From: Pyrobaculum sp.
Lineage (GTDB): Archaea; Thermoproteota; Thermoprotei; Thermoproteales; Thermoproteaceae
Direction of reading: 5' to 3'
Length of the DNA stretch: 64,000 nt
NCBI GenBank assembly: GCA_038879095.1
Contig: JAVZUI010000003.1
Span: 9,640-73,639, forward strand
Below the pieces are notes generated by a model. The model had not been told where the DNA came from, ran no database searches, and was given only the letters and a program-made list of their open reading frames with translations. How positions within the stretch are numbered: position 1 is the stretch's first letter; the number at the start of each line of letters is the position of its first letter. Positions 44,534 to 53,915 of the stretch are shown here, in pieces. A program made the translations under genes and the position numbers.

Positions 44534-44698
44534 AACTTAGTAATACCAGCTCTGCGCGTCGACTCCCCGTTCATAGGGCAAGGCGGCACTTGGGAGAGCT
44601 CACCTGTCGAAATTGCTCTAGAGCCAGGCAGATATGAATTTTATTGTAGGCCGCATAGAGGCTTGGTCATGGTGGGCGTTTTGACTGTAGAGCCGTGA
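44507..44698 (+). CDS. Mini cupredoxin-like ORF (possible 5'-truncated blue-copper protein remnant)
   Basis: 'SHNLVI' and 'YEFYCRPHRGLVMVG' (H ... CxxHxxxxM type-1 Cu ligand pattern). Only 63 codons are open, and the start overlaps the ArsR gene start. Confidence 0.35.
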   Translation: MYNVGSVSHNLVIPALRVDSPFIGQGGTWESSPVEIALEPGRYEFYCRPHRGLVMVGVLTVEP

Positions 44699-44705
44699 CT
44701 GAAAA

Positions 44706-44936
44706 CTAATCTCTTGTTCTCCTTTTCTTTAACAATTCTAAATATATTGACCGGATTTTGGAGTCCTCCAAGGCGGCCCAAATCGTCTGGTACGCCATGT
44801 TTATAAACTCCACGTAGCTCTGCCAGTACCTCTCGTCGTTGGACGCCGCCAACTCTGCGTACTTCTCCACGGCGGCTAGGTTTGCCCTTCTGTTTCTTCT
44901 CCGCTCTTCATCGATACCCCAAATGTCCTCAGCCAT
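44706..44936 (-). CDS. Hypothetical small protein
   Basis: 76-aa charged helical ORF. It may be a separate gene or the tail of the disrupted upstream gene. Confidence 0.3.
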   Translation of the reverse strand: MAEDIWGIDEERRRNRRANLAAVEKYAELAASNDERYWQSYVEFINMAYQTIWAALEDSKIRSIYLELLKKRRTRD

Positions 44937-45431
44937 GTCTCTAACTCCTCCTCTTTTATATAACTCTTAAGCGCTTTGTATAAGAAGTGGGCGTCTTCTA
45001 CGTCTTTGTCGCCTTCCAGCTTTAGCTTATATGCAATTTGTAGCTCTATCGGCGACACGTACACAATTCTGTCGCCCACTTTGACAGGTATTCTGTTTTC
45101 TAAGGCGTAGCGCTGTGGGTATGAACGCGGCGGCTTTAGCTCAAGGCAACAACCGCGGCGGCTTGAAGAACCTTATCGACGCCACGGCGTACTCCTCAGC
45201 AACAGCCTCCCTAGACGTAAGAAGCTCGTAGCCGCACTCCACGCACCTCTGGTACACCTTCAAGCCGTCTGCCTCTCCCACAATCACGTCGATGTCGTCT
45301 GTGGTCCTGGGCCTGCCGAACAGTATCGCTACGTACCCGGAGACGATGACGTATTTAAACACTGATATGCAGTCAACAAACTCTAAGACAAGTTTGTCAA
45401 GCTCGGTGAGGGGCCTGTTGACTACAATCAC
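44876..45431 (-). pseudogene. Nucleotidyltransferase-domain protein interrupted by a 28-nt insertion
   Basis: The N-terminal part has 'VIVSGYVAILFGRPRTTDDIDVIV'. The reading stops after 'FFKPPRLLP*'. Removing 28 nt bounded by an 11-nt direct repeat restores the frame into 'FKPPRSYPQRYALENRIPVKVGDRIVYVSPIELQIAYKL'. Confidence 0.55.
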
Positions 45432-45451
45432 GTCGTATTAAGCCCCCTCGT

Positions 45452-46576
45452 TTAAATCCTTATGTACGGTGCGGCGGCAACGCTTGAAGGAGTCTTGTGC
45501 CGGCTTCTCATTACGAGGCGGGGGAAGTCTCTCCCGTATATCAATTGTAACGCCCTCTGGGCGACCTCTTTTGCTTTGTTTACGTCCTCTGCCACTATGT
45601 TGACGTGGCCCATCTTCCTCCTAGGCCGGGCCTCCCTCTTGCGGTACCAGTAGACCTTGCCCAGCCTCTCCAGCTCGGCGAGGGGAAGCTCCTCGAAGCC
45701 CCTTCCTAATATGTTCACCATGGCCGTTGGCTTCACGGCGCTGGGCTTGCGGATCGGCAAGCCGGCAACTGCCCTCAAGTGGTTCTCAAACTGGCTGGCG
45801 TCTGTCTCTAGGGTCCAGTGCCCGGTGTTGTGGACCCTGGGCGCGATCTCGTTGGCCAAGATCCTGCCGTCTCTCGCCTCGAAGAACTCCACGGCGAGGA
45901 CCCCCACGTAATTCCACCTCTCCAACACCTTGTAGACGTATTCGTAGGCCTCCGGCGGCGCGTGGGCGGGGGCGTAGTTCCACACCAAGATGCCGTCGAC
46001 ATAGAAGTTCTCAGCAGGCGGGTAGAAGACGACGTCGCCGTCTTCGCCCCTAGCCGCGACGAGGGAGAACTCCCTTTTTATGTCGACGTACTCCTCCACC
46101 AAGAGCGGACCCTCCAGCCCCCTAATCGCCTCAGCCTCCCAGGGGTAGTAATACTGCCCCTTCCCATCGTAGCCGCCAGCCGGCACCTTCACCACGGCCC
46201 TACCCATCTTCTCGGCGATTTGCAACGCTTGTGCGCCGTCTTTAGCCACGGTCCACGGAATAGTGGGTATGCCCAGCGACTGGAAGAACTGCCTCTCCTC
46301 TATTCTGCCCTTCTTCACCTTGAGGTAGGGCAGGGCTGGGCGGAGCTTGCCTCTCCTCTCGGCGTACTCAGCCACTGAGATGTCTACGTTTTCAAATTCG
46401 TAAGTCACTGCGTCGCTCTTCTCCACCTCCTCGTACGGATCCCCCGCGGAAGACGCGCAGGTCTTGGCTGGGGCGTGTGGGTCTGGGTCGTACACAGACA
46501 GGGCTGTTGGCAACCTCTGCGCCTCCCAACACATCATTAAGGCCAGTTGCCCACCGCCCAACACCATAAGGCGCAT
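45452..46576 (-). CDS. purK: N5-carboxyaminoimidazole ribonucleotide synthase (ATP-grasp)
   Basis: 'VLGGGQLALMM', the ATP-grasp core 'VVKVPAGGYDGKGQY', 'VEEYVDIKREFS', 'NEIAPRVHNTGHWT' and 'KMGHVN'. Confidence 0.85.
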   Translation of the reverse strand: MRLMVLGGGQLALMMCWEAQRLPTALSVYDPDPHAPAKTCASSAGDPYEEVEKSDAVTYEFENVDISVAEYAERRGKLRPALPYLKVKKGRIEERQFFQSLGIPTIPWTVAKDGAQALQIAEKMGRAVVKVPAGGYDGKGQYYYPWEAEAIRGLEGPLLVEEYVDIKREFSLVAARGEDGDVVFYPPAENFYVDGILVWNYAPAHAPPEAYEYVYKVLERWNYVGVLAVEFFEARDGRILANEIAPRVHNTGHWTLETDASQFENHLRAVAGLPIRKPSAVKPTAMVNILGRGFEELPLAELERLGKVYWYRKREARPRRKMGHVNIVAEDVNKAKEVAQRALQLIYGRDFPRLVMRSRHKTPSSVAAAPYIRI

Positions 46577-46654
46577 GAGCGTAACAGTTCACTTAAATTT
46601 AAAACTTTACTCAAGGGACAAGTGAGGGGACGTTTTTAAGAGGCTACTTAATTG

Positions 46655-47374
46655 CTAAAACCTCCGTCGTAGGAAGTACGACGTCCCTTCTAGTATCAAC
46701 ACGAATAGGAATGTGGTTAACACAATAGTGGCCGCAGCGCCGTATTGGAGCAGGTTTATGTACTGCGCGATGTAGTACCCGACCCCGCCTGCGCCTACGA
46801 ACCCGATTATAGTGGCTGTCCTAATGTTGTACTCTAGGATGAATATTATGTTTGTTATAAACTGGCGGCGTTGTTGGAGGTATACTAAATGTGCCAGCTT
46901 CAGCCCTCTGGCGCCGATTGCCCTCATGGCGTCTACAAAGCCGCGGTCTACGTTTTCAAAAGTCTCATAGAATAGCTTAGTCAAATAGCCGACGCTGTAT
47001 ACGACAAGGGCCACTGCCCCTGCCACGACGCCTGGGCCGAACATCACGACGGTGAGCACAGCCCAGAGCAACGCCGGCACGGCCCGCATGAAGGTCGCCG
47101 CTGTGCGGACGGCCACGGCGAGGGCCTTGTGCCAGAAGCCAGCCGCCACGGCGGCGAGGGGCACTGATATTAAGACGGCAGTGGCAGTGGCAAAGACTGA
47201 GATCAACACAGTTTCATACAACGCGTAGAGGCCCACCGATACCGCCTCCGCGTCTAGAGAAATCTCTCTCCAAAACAATATGAGGTTTTGAAAAGCCTTG
47301 TGATAATCTGCTTGAAAGACGCCTAGTAAAAAGCCCAGGGCAATGGCTGTAGAGATGAGTAGCGGGATTATCAC
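46655..47374 (-). CDS. phnE: Phosphonate-type ABC transporter permease (PhnE-like)
   Basis: Six-TM permease with an EAA-like loop 'DRGFVDAMRAIGARGLKLAHLVYLQQ'. Adjacent to PhnC-like and PhnD-like genes. Confidence 0.7.
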   Translation of the reverse strand: MIIPLLISTAIALGFLLGVFQADYHKAFQNLILFWREISLDAEAVSVGLYALYETVLISVFATATAVLISVPLAAVAAGFWHKALAVAVRTAATFMRAVPALLWAVLTVVMFGPGVVAGAVALVVYSVGYLTKLFYETFENVDRGFVDAMRAIGARGLKLAHLVYLQQRRQFITNIIFILEYNIRTATIIGFVGAGGVGYYIAQYINLLQYGAAATIVLTTFLFVLILEGTSYFLRRRF

Positions 47375-47375
47375 G

Positions 47376-47990
47376 TCACCACAGCTGTATCAGCCTCCCG
47401 CCCTCCAGCTTATACCCCCTTTGGAAGTACTCCATTGCTAAATCCACGTCGTGCATCACAGCCACCACAGCCACGTCTGACAAGCTGGTCAGAGTCTTAA
47501 GTACTGAAGACGCCGTGTCTAAGTCTAAGTTTGCCACTGGCTCGTCTGCAAGTATTAAATCTGCCTTCTGCATCAACGCTCTTGCAATTGCCACGCGCTG
47601 TCTCTCGCCCCCGCTCAGGCTGGACACCTTGGCGTCGGCCAGGTGCGAAATTCCCACCGCGGAGAGGCACTTTAACGCCTCTTCTCGCCGTTGCCGTTTC
47701 CACACGCCTAAAAACAAGCCGAGGGAGTCAAGCGAGGCGTACATGACGTTTTCCAACGCAGTTGCAGTCTCTACAAGGCCCAAGTTTTGAGGAATGTACG
47801 AGACTTTCGAGAAGTTGTTCACCACCTCTCCCCTCAGCGGTTTCAACAGCCCGGCTATTATTTTCAAAAACGTAGTCTTTCCCACGCCGCTTTTCCCAAG
47901 CACAGCTACATGGTCATTTCTACCGAGTGTAAAGTCAATACCAGAGAGGAGGGACGGGCCTCCGTTGTATGAAAAGTATACAGACTTCAT
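47376..47990 (-). CDS. phnC: ABC transporter ATP-binding protein (PhnC-like)
   Basis: Walker A 'GKSGVGKTT', signature 'LSGGERQRV', Walker B 'LILADEPVANLD'. Confidence 0.8.
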   Translation of the reverse strand: MKSVYFSYNGGPSLLSGIDFTLGRNDHVAVLGKSGVGKTTFLKIIAGLLKPLRGEVVNNFSKVSYIPQNLGLVETATALENVMYASLDSLGLFLGVWKRQRREEALKCLSAVGISHLADAKVSSLSGGERQRVAIARALMQKADLILADEPVANLDLDTASSVLKTLTSLSDVAVVAVMHDVDLAMEYFQRGYKLEGGRLIQLW

Positions 47991-48028
47991 CGACAGCACG
48001 TATTACATATGATTTTGGATATATAAGC

Positions 48029-48043
48029 ATTAACAGTGTTAAA
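48029..48043. promoter_or_regulatory. Operator ATTAACAGTGTTAAA (TTAAC-N3-GTTAA) abutting the phnC-side TATA box
   Basis: Same core as 44144. On the minus strand it is followed by GC and TTATATAT about 30 nt before the phnC ATG. Confidence 0.55.
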
Positions 48044-48132
48044 GTTTCTAAGTAGAAGAAGAAACTACTTCTAAAAACCTTCTGCATAGCATCGCCGATT
48101 TAATGCCGTAAAACCTACTTCTACTTCGAAGT

Positions 48133-48147
48133 ATTAACAATGTTAAT
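48133..48147. promoter_or_regulatory. Operator ATTAACAATGTTAAT (TTAAC-N3-GTTAA) abutting the phnD-side TATA box
   Basis: Followed by GC and TTATAAAG, with the ATG at 48177. Confidence 0.55.
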
Positions 48148-48176
48148 GCTTATAAAGAGAGGACGAGGACTTTGCC

Positions 48177-49142
48177 ATGGCCTCGGCCAAGGTCGTAATT
48201 GCGGCTATAGTCGCCGTGGCGTTAATAATAGGAATTGCCGTTGTGTTCTTTAACCCACAGGCTGAGGTAGACAGGTTAGTAATTGTAGTAAACCCCGGGG
48301 TAAGCGCGAGGGTTAGCGCCGCCGAGGCTCAGGAGTTGGAGAAATTCCTAGAAGAGGAGCTTGGGGTAGACGTGGAACTGTACTACCCGCTAAGCACGGC
48401 CGCGTTGATTGAGGCGTTGAAGTTTGAACATGCACACGTGGCGCTAGGCGTAGGGACGCTGGCCGCCTCGTTAGCCATCAAAAACGCAGATGTAGAAATG
48501 GTCTTGGCTGAGTACCGCTCTGTGATTATAGACGGCAACGAGGCGGTGGCGCCTTACTACTACAGCTACTTCATCGTGCTCCGCGACTCGCCGTATACGA
48601 CGCTGGACGAGCTGAGGGGGAAAAAGGCCTGCTTCCCCTCTGAGACTTCTACCTCGGGCTTCATAATGCCTATGAAGCTACTTGTCGAAAAAGGCTATGT
48701 AAAAGCCGAGGGGGTGAGGACTCCAAGGGATCTGCCCCAGCAGTTCTTTGGAGAGGTAGTCTTCGGCGGGGGCTACGCCCAATGTTGGGAGGCTTTGAAA
48801 AAGGGGAGTGTAGACGTCACTGTAATGGCAGGCGACGTAGTTGCCGACTTGTACTGGGAGGCTATGAACAACAGCAGAGTCCTCCAGCTGAGAGACGGCT
48901 CTCTTGCAATCGCGGGGCCTAACCCCTCGCATGTGGTGTTGATTAGACGGGATCTGCCGCCGGAGTTAAAGACTAGGGTTGTAAATACTTTGTTAAAGCT
49001 TAATGAAAGGCCAGACTTAATGAAAAAATACGTATCTGCCATCTTTGTGCGGTTTGAAAAAAGAAGCACAGAGGAGCATTTGGGGCCGCTTCTAGAGGCG
49101 TTAGACGTATTGGGGCTGGCGGATTACTACCTCGGCCGCTAA
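48177..49142 (+). CDS. phnD: Phosphate/phosphite/phosphonate-type ABC substrate-binding protein (PhnD family)
   Basis: N-terminal TM anchor, plus '[39 protein letters not shown]' typical of the PhnD family. Confidence 0.7.
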   Translation: MASAKVVIAAIVAVALIIGIAVVFFNPQAEVDRLVIVVNPGVSARVSAAEAQELEKFLEEELGVDVELYYPLSTAALIEALKFEHAHVALGVGTLAASLAIKNADVEMVLAEYRSVIIDGNEAVAPYYYSYFIVLRDSPYTTLDELRGKKACFPSETSTSGFIMPMKLLVEKGYVKAEGVRTPRDLPQQFFGEVVFGGGYAQCWEALKKGSVDVTVMAGDVVADLYWEAMNNSRVLQLRDGSLAIAGPNPSHVVLIRRDLPPELKTRVVNTLLKLNERPDLMKKYVSAIFVRFEKRSTEEHLGPLLEALDVLGLADYYLGR

Positions 49143-49618
49143 GGGCTTGACTTAATAAACGAGGTTTTTAACACCTCGTCTCTCATCGTCTCCATGTGTT
49201 TTTTCACTTTTTCTCTCACCTCTGGGTGCTTGACGCCTAGTATCCTCGCCGCGAGGTAGGCGGCGTTGGCGGCGTTTCCTATGGCGACGGTGGCCACGGG
49301 GGTGCCTCTCGGCATTTGGACTATGGAGAGGAGGGAGTCTAGTCCGCCTAGGTGTCTCGTAGGTATTGGGACGCCTATTACGGGCAGTGGGGTTAGCGAT
49401 GCCGTCATCCCCGGCAGGTGGGCGGCGCCGCCTGCCCCTGCGATTATTACGTCGAACTTCTCCACGGCCTCTTTGGCGAATTGGTACATGAAGTCGGGGG
49501 TTCGGTGAGCGCTTACTACTCTGGCCTCGTAGGGGATGCCTAGCTGTTCTAAGACCTCTACCGCCTCTTTCATTACCTCCCAGTCGTTTATAGACCCCAT
49601 GATGACCGCCACCCGCAT
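49139..49618 (-). CDS. purE: N5-carboxyaminoimidazole ribonucleotide mutase
   Basis: '[14 protein letters not shown]', 'VVSAHRTPD' and '[14 protein letters not shown]...PVIGVP' are PurE hallmarks. Confidence 0.9.
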   Translation of the reverse strand: MRVAVIMGSINDWEVMKEAVEVLEQLGIPYEARVVSAHRTPDFMYQFAKEAVEKFDVIIAGAGGAAHLPGMTASLTPLPVIGVPIPTRHLGGLDSLLSIVQMPRGTPVATVAIGNAANAAYLAARILGVKHPEVREKVKKHMETMRDEVLKTSFIKSSP

Positions 49619-49689
49619 GTGTTGCCGTGCGCCGCTTCTTATAACTGCTGTTCTCAACATATCTGTTAATAACCAATATATATCCGCCG

Positions 49690-49902
49690 GTGGGCCTTGG
49701 CGTGGCCGCTGAGCTGGAGGCGCTTGTGGGGAGGAGGGCCGTGCTTGTGGTAGCGTCTTGCAACCAGCTGGCCGAGTCGGATATCAGAAAGGTGGTGGGG
49801 GTGGTCCTTTACGTGTCTAAGGACAGGATCGGGGTGAGGAGAGACGACGGGGCTGTGGAGGTGGTGGACAGAGGCTGGGTCGTAGAGGCTAGGGCTGTCT
49901 AG
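49690..49902 (+). CDS. Hypothetical small protein
   Basis: 70-aa ORF with a GTG start. No recognisable family. Confidence 0.2.
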   Translation: MGLGVAAELEALVGRRAVLVVASCNQLAESDIRKVVGVVLYVSKDRIGVRRDDGAVEVVDRGWVVEARAV

Positions 49903-50411
49903 CCTTTCTGAGCCTCGTAGCGCCTGACTATTGCCGCCTCGTGGGGGGCCAGTTTGTACACGTCGTATAGCTCCGCGAGTGCCTGCCCACCTTCTACGTG
50001 TACTTTGTAGAAGTTTATTTCGCCGGGGCTTTCTCTCACGGCGAAGCGGACCTCTTTGCCTCTCAACGCCTCCTCAGCCCCCTCCGCCTCGTCTAGTGCG
50101 TAGAATACGGGGGTGTGAAGGGCGGCGAACTTCTTCACCTTCTTCAAAACGGAGACCGCCCTCGCCCCGAGCCCCTCGACGTGTGGGCTCATGATGAGGA
50201 GGGCGCTGTCCACCTCTTCGCTTAGCTCTGTGGAGGACAGGGCCCTGGCCCTCGCCCCCCTTGCCCAGCTGAGCGCAGCCACTACCGAGGCCATGGCGAT
50301 GCAGCTGGGCGTGTTGTCAAACACAATTACAAATTCGCCGAGGTCTGAGACCAGCTTCTCGGCGTATATTCTGCCGAGGAGTGCCCTGTACTCCAGCTCT
50401 ACGCCGTCCAT
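49899..50411 (-). CDS. Hypothetical protein
   Basis: 170-aa ORF with protein-like composition and an AT-rich promoter upstream. No recognised motifs. Confidence 0.4.
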   Translation of the reverse strand: MDGVELEYRALLGRIYAEKLVSDLGEFVIVFDNTPSCIAMASVVAALSWARGARARALSSTELSEEVDSALLIMSPHVEGLGARAVSVLKKVKKFAALHTPVFYALDEAEGAEEALRGKEVRFAVRESPGEINFYKVHVEGGQALAELYDVYKLAPHEAAIVRRYEAQKG

Positions 50412-50480
50412 GTATGTAATTAAGCCTATATATAAGGCTTGAGGCCCTCAATACTTAAATAGATAAATCAGTTATGCCGC

Positions 50481-51584
50481 ATGGATAAGACAATTATCAG
50501 GAGGGCCAGGGAGGGCCGCGTCGACGACGAAATTAGGCTGATAGCAGAGGCGGAGGGCGTCTCCCCGGAGAAGGTTAGGGACAGAATCGCAAGGGGGCAG
50601 GTGGTATACATTAGAAACGCGGCGAGGCCGTCGGAGAAGGTGGTGGCGGTGGGGAGGGGGATGTCCACCAAGATCAACGTCAACCTGGGCACCTCCACGG
50701 AGGTGGTGGACATAGACACCAAGCTCCGCAAGGTGGACGTGGCGAACAGGTGGGGGGACACGCTCATGGATCTGAGCATAGGCGGCGACTTGGACTACAT
50801 CAGGCGGGCAATCATCTCGAGATCTAAGTTGCCAGTGGGCACCGTGTCGGTGTACCAGGCCTTTGTGGAGTCCTTCTCCGAGAGGGGTGGAGGGGCCTAC
50901 TTCTCGGTGGACGACTTGTTTAACACAGTGGAGAGGCAGTTGAAAGACGGCGTGGCCTTCATGACTATCCACGCCGCAGTCACCAAGGAGGCCGCCGTCA
51001 GGGTGTTAAAAAGCGACATGGTGACACCGGTGGTGTCCCACGGCGGTGACATGATCATCGGCTGGATGTTTCACAACGACGCGGAGAACCCCTACCTCAC
51101 GCACTGAGATTACCTCCTGGAGCTGTTCGCCCAGTACGACGCCGTGATCTCCATCGGCGATGCCCTGCGGCCGGGGGCCACTGCGGACGCCCACGACGAG
51201 TTTCACCTGGGGGAGCTGGTGGTGGCCGCCAGGCTGGCTAAGCGCGCGGTCAAGGCCGGCGTACAGGTCATGATAGAAGGGCCCCGGCCACGTGCCGCTA
51301 AACGACGTGGTTTGGACCATCAAGCTGGAGAAGAGGCTGACGGGGGCATCCCCTACTACGTGTTGGGCCCGCCGTCCACAGACGTGGCGGCGCCCTACGA
51401 CCACATCGCCTCAGCCGTGAGCGCGGCGCTGGCCTCTGCCTCAGTCTATATGCCCGGAGCGGAGCTGGGGCCGAAGATGGCGGCTTCGGCGGCTTTTGTG
51501 GTGTTACTTACCGCGTTGTCGCTTCTGCCGTCGCTTGTCAGGCTGTATAGGCTTAGGCCTGTGGAGGCCCTCCGCTACGAGTAG
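50481..51584 (+). pseudogene. thiC: Phosphomethylpyrimidine synthase ThiC, decayed (in-frame TGA, paired frameshifts, 3' truncation)
   Basis: '[11 protein letters not shown]', '[12 protein letters not shown]', 'VGTVSVYQA', 'MTIHAAV', then TGA at 51105-51107, then '[17 protein letters not shown]' and 'MIEGP'. The GHVPLN segment reads only in the +1 frame between the C-run 51282-51285 and the G-run 51342-51346. The sequence diverges after about 51440. Confidence 0.8.
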
Positions 51585-51630
51585 CAGACGCCGGTACTAA
51601 AAGTTTATAAATATATAGTTCCCTAGGCGC

Positions 51631-53853
51631 ATGTCTTCAGCAGTTAGGATAGTGGAGAAGCAACTGGACGAGATCTTGGCCATTGCGAAGAACCCGGCGC
51701 AGATCCGAAACGCCGGCACGCTGGCGCATGTGGACCACGGGAAGACCACTACGTCGGACTCTCTGCTGATGGGCGCGGGGCTTCTGTCGCCTAAGGTGGC
51801 GGGGAAGGCCCTTGCCATGGACTACGTCCCGATTGAGCAGCTGAGGCAGATGACTGTCAAGGCGGCGAACATCTCTCTGTACTTCGAGTATGGGGGGAAG
51901 CCGTATTTGATCAACTTCGTAGACACGCCGGGCCACGTGGACTTCACGGGCCACGTGACGAGGTCGCTGAGGGTTATGGACGGGGGCCTCGTGGTGGTGG
52001 ACGCGGTGGAGGGGGTGATGACTCAGACGGAGACTGTTGTGAGGCAGGCCTTGGAGGAGTACGTCAGGCCGGTCCTCTTCATCAACAAGATCGACCGCCT
52101 TATTAAAGAGCTCCGACTGTCGCCGCAGGAGATCCAGCAGAGGATTTTAAACATTGTAAAGGACTTCAACGCGCTTATTGACATGTTCGCCCCGCCGGAG
52201 TTTAAAGACAAGTGGAAGATCGACCCGGGGAAGGGGCAGATGGCCATGGGCTCGGCGCTTCACAAGTGGGGCATCACCATCCCCATGGCTCAGAAGGCTG
52301 GGATTAAGTTTAGCAACATCGTAGACGCCTACGAGAAGGGCTACGTGGATAAGCTGGCGGAGGAGTTCCCCCTGTATAAGACCATTCTGTCGATGATTAT
52401 TGAACACGTGCCGCCTCCCAACGTGGCTCAGAAGTACAGAATCCCCAGGCTGTGGCGCGGCGATTTGAACAGCGAGGTGGGCAAGGCCCTACTCGAGGCG
52501 GACCCCAACGGGCCTACTGTAATCGCAGTGAGTAAGGTGAACAAGGACCCCCACGCCGGCCTCATCGCCACCGGCCGCGTGTTCTCGGGCACCATTAGGG
52601 AGGGGGACGAGATTTACATCATTGGGAGGAAGTTGAAGAAGAAGGTGTTGCAGACGTACATCTACATGGGTCCCTCTAGGATCATCGTCCCCTACATGCC
52701 GGCGGGTAACATAGTGGCGTTGATGGGCGTGGACGAGGCGAGGGCGGGCGACACGTTGGTGGTGCCGAACTACGCCGACATACCTCCCTTCGAGAAGATG
52801 CGCTATATCTCCGAGCCTGTGGTGACCGTCGCCATTGAGCCTAAGAACCCCGCCGAGCTGGCGAGGCTGGTGGAGGCCTTGAAGGACTTGGTCATAGAGG
52901 ACCCGACCCTCGACCTCAAGATCGACCAAGAGACTGGGCAGATCCTCCTCTCCGGCGTGGGGACGCTTCACTTAGAGATAGCCACGTGGCTGCTCAAGGA
53001 GAGGACGAAGACGGAGTTCACTGTGTCTCCGCCGTTGATTAGGTTTAGAGAGACTGTGAGGGAGAGGTCGCAGGTGTGGGAGGGCAAGTCGCCTAACAAG
53101 CACAACCGCCTGTACTTCTACGTGGAGCCTCTCGACGAGACCACGGTGGAGCTGATCGCGTTGAGGGAGATCACCGAGGACCAGGACCCGAGGGAGAGGG
53201 CTAAGATTCTGCGGGACAAGGCTGGGTGGGACGCCGACGAGGCGAGAGGCGTATGGGCCATCGACGACCGCTACTTCAACATAATTGTGGACAAGACCTC
53301 GGGCATCCAGTACCTAAGAGAGATTAGGGACTACATCGTCCAGGGCTTTAGGTGGGCCACCGAGGCGGGGCCTCTTGCGCAGGAGCCGTTGAGAGGCGTC
53401 AAGGTGGTGCTCGTGGACGCGGTCGTCCACGAAGACCCTGCCCACCGCGGGCCTGCGCAGATAATGCCGGCTACTAAAAACGCCATATTTGCGGCGATTT
53501 TGTCGGCGAGGCCTACCGTACTGGAGCCCTTGATGAGGCTTGACATCAAGGTGGCGCCGGACTACATAGGCGCCGTCTCGTCTGTGCTTAACAAACACAG
53601 GGGCAAGATCTTAGACATGACGCAACAGGAGTACATGGCCTTTATGAAGGCTGAGCTGCCCGTCTTGGAGTCGTTTACGATAAGCGACGAGCTCCGCGCG
53701 GCGGCTGCTGGCAAGATCTTCTGGTCTATGCAGTTCTCAAGGTGGGCCCCCGTGCCGGAGTCCATGTTACAAGACTTGGTGAAGCAGCTGAGGAAGAAGA
53801 AGGGCCTGAAGGAGGAGATACCCAAGCCCAGCGACTTCGTAGAGACGTTCTAA
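51631..53853 (+). CDS. Translation elongation factor 2 (aEF-2)
   Basis: GTPase motifs 'AHVDHGKTT', 'DTPGHVDF' and 'NKID'. 740 aa, with EF-2 domains throughout. Confidence 0.95.
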   Translation: MSSAVRIVEKQLDEILAIAKNPAQIRNAGTLAHVDHGKTTTSDSLLMGAGLLSPKVAGKALAMDYVPIEQLRQMTVKAANISLYFEYGGKPYLINFVDTPGHVDFTGHVTRSLRVMDGGLVVVDAVEGVMTQTETVVRQALEEYVRPVLFINKIDRLIKELRLSPQEIQQRILNIVKDFNALIDMFAPPEFKDKWKIDPGKGQMAMGSALHKWGITIPMAQKAGIKFSNIVDAYEKGYVDKLAEEFPLYKTILSMIIEHVPPPNVAQKYRIPRLWRGDLNSEVGKALLEADPNGPTVIAVSKVNKDPHAGLIATGRVFSGTIREGDEIYIIGRKLKKKVLQTYIYMGPSRIIVPYMPAGNIVALMGVDEARAGDTLVVPNYADIPPFEKMRYISEPVVTVAIEPKNPAELARLVEALKDLVIEDPTLDLKIDQETGQILLSGVGTLHLEIATWLLKERTKTEFTVSPPLIRFRETVRERSQVWEGKSPNKHNRLYFYVEPLDETTVELIALREITEDQDPRERAKILRDKAGWDADEARGVWAIDDRYFNIIVDKTSGIQYLREIRDYIVQGFRWATEAGPLAQEPLRGVKVVLVDAVVHEDPAHRGPAQIMPATKNAIFAAILSARPTVLEPLMRLDIKVAPDYIGAVSSVLNKHRGKILDMTQQEYMAFMKAELPVLESFTISDELRAAAAGKIFWSMQFSRWAPVPESMLQDLVKQLRKKKGLKEEIPKPSDFVETF

Positions 53854-53915
53854 TTTTTAAACCTGTTGGGAGTCTGAGGAACAATTCTTTTTAAACTTGT
53901 TGGAAATTTGGAGAA

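Noticed and set aside
32541-51107. UGA recoding (for example as Trp) to explain in-frame TGAs in vapC and thiC.
   Set aside because: The vapC TGA sits at a Trp position. The vapB-copy TGA, however, aligns with Gly (GGA) in the intact paralog. Other interruptions use TAA or TAG, or are frameshifts. There is no consistent recoding pattern, so ordinary nonsense mutations are more likely.
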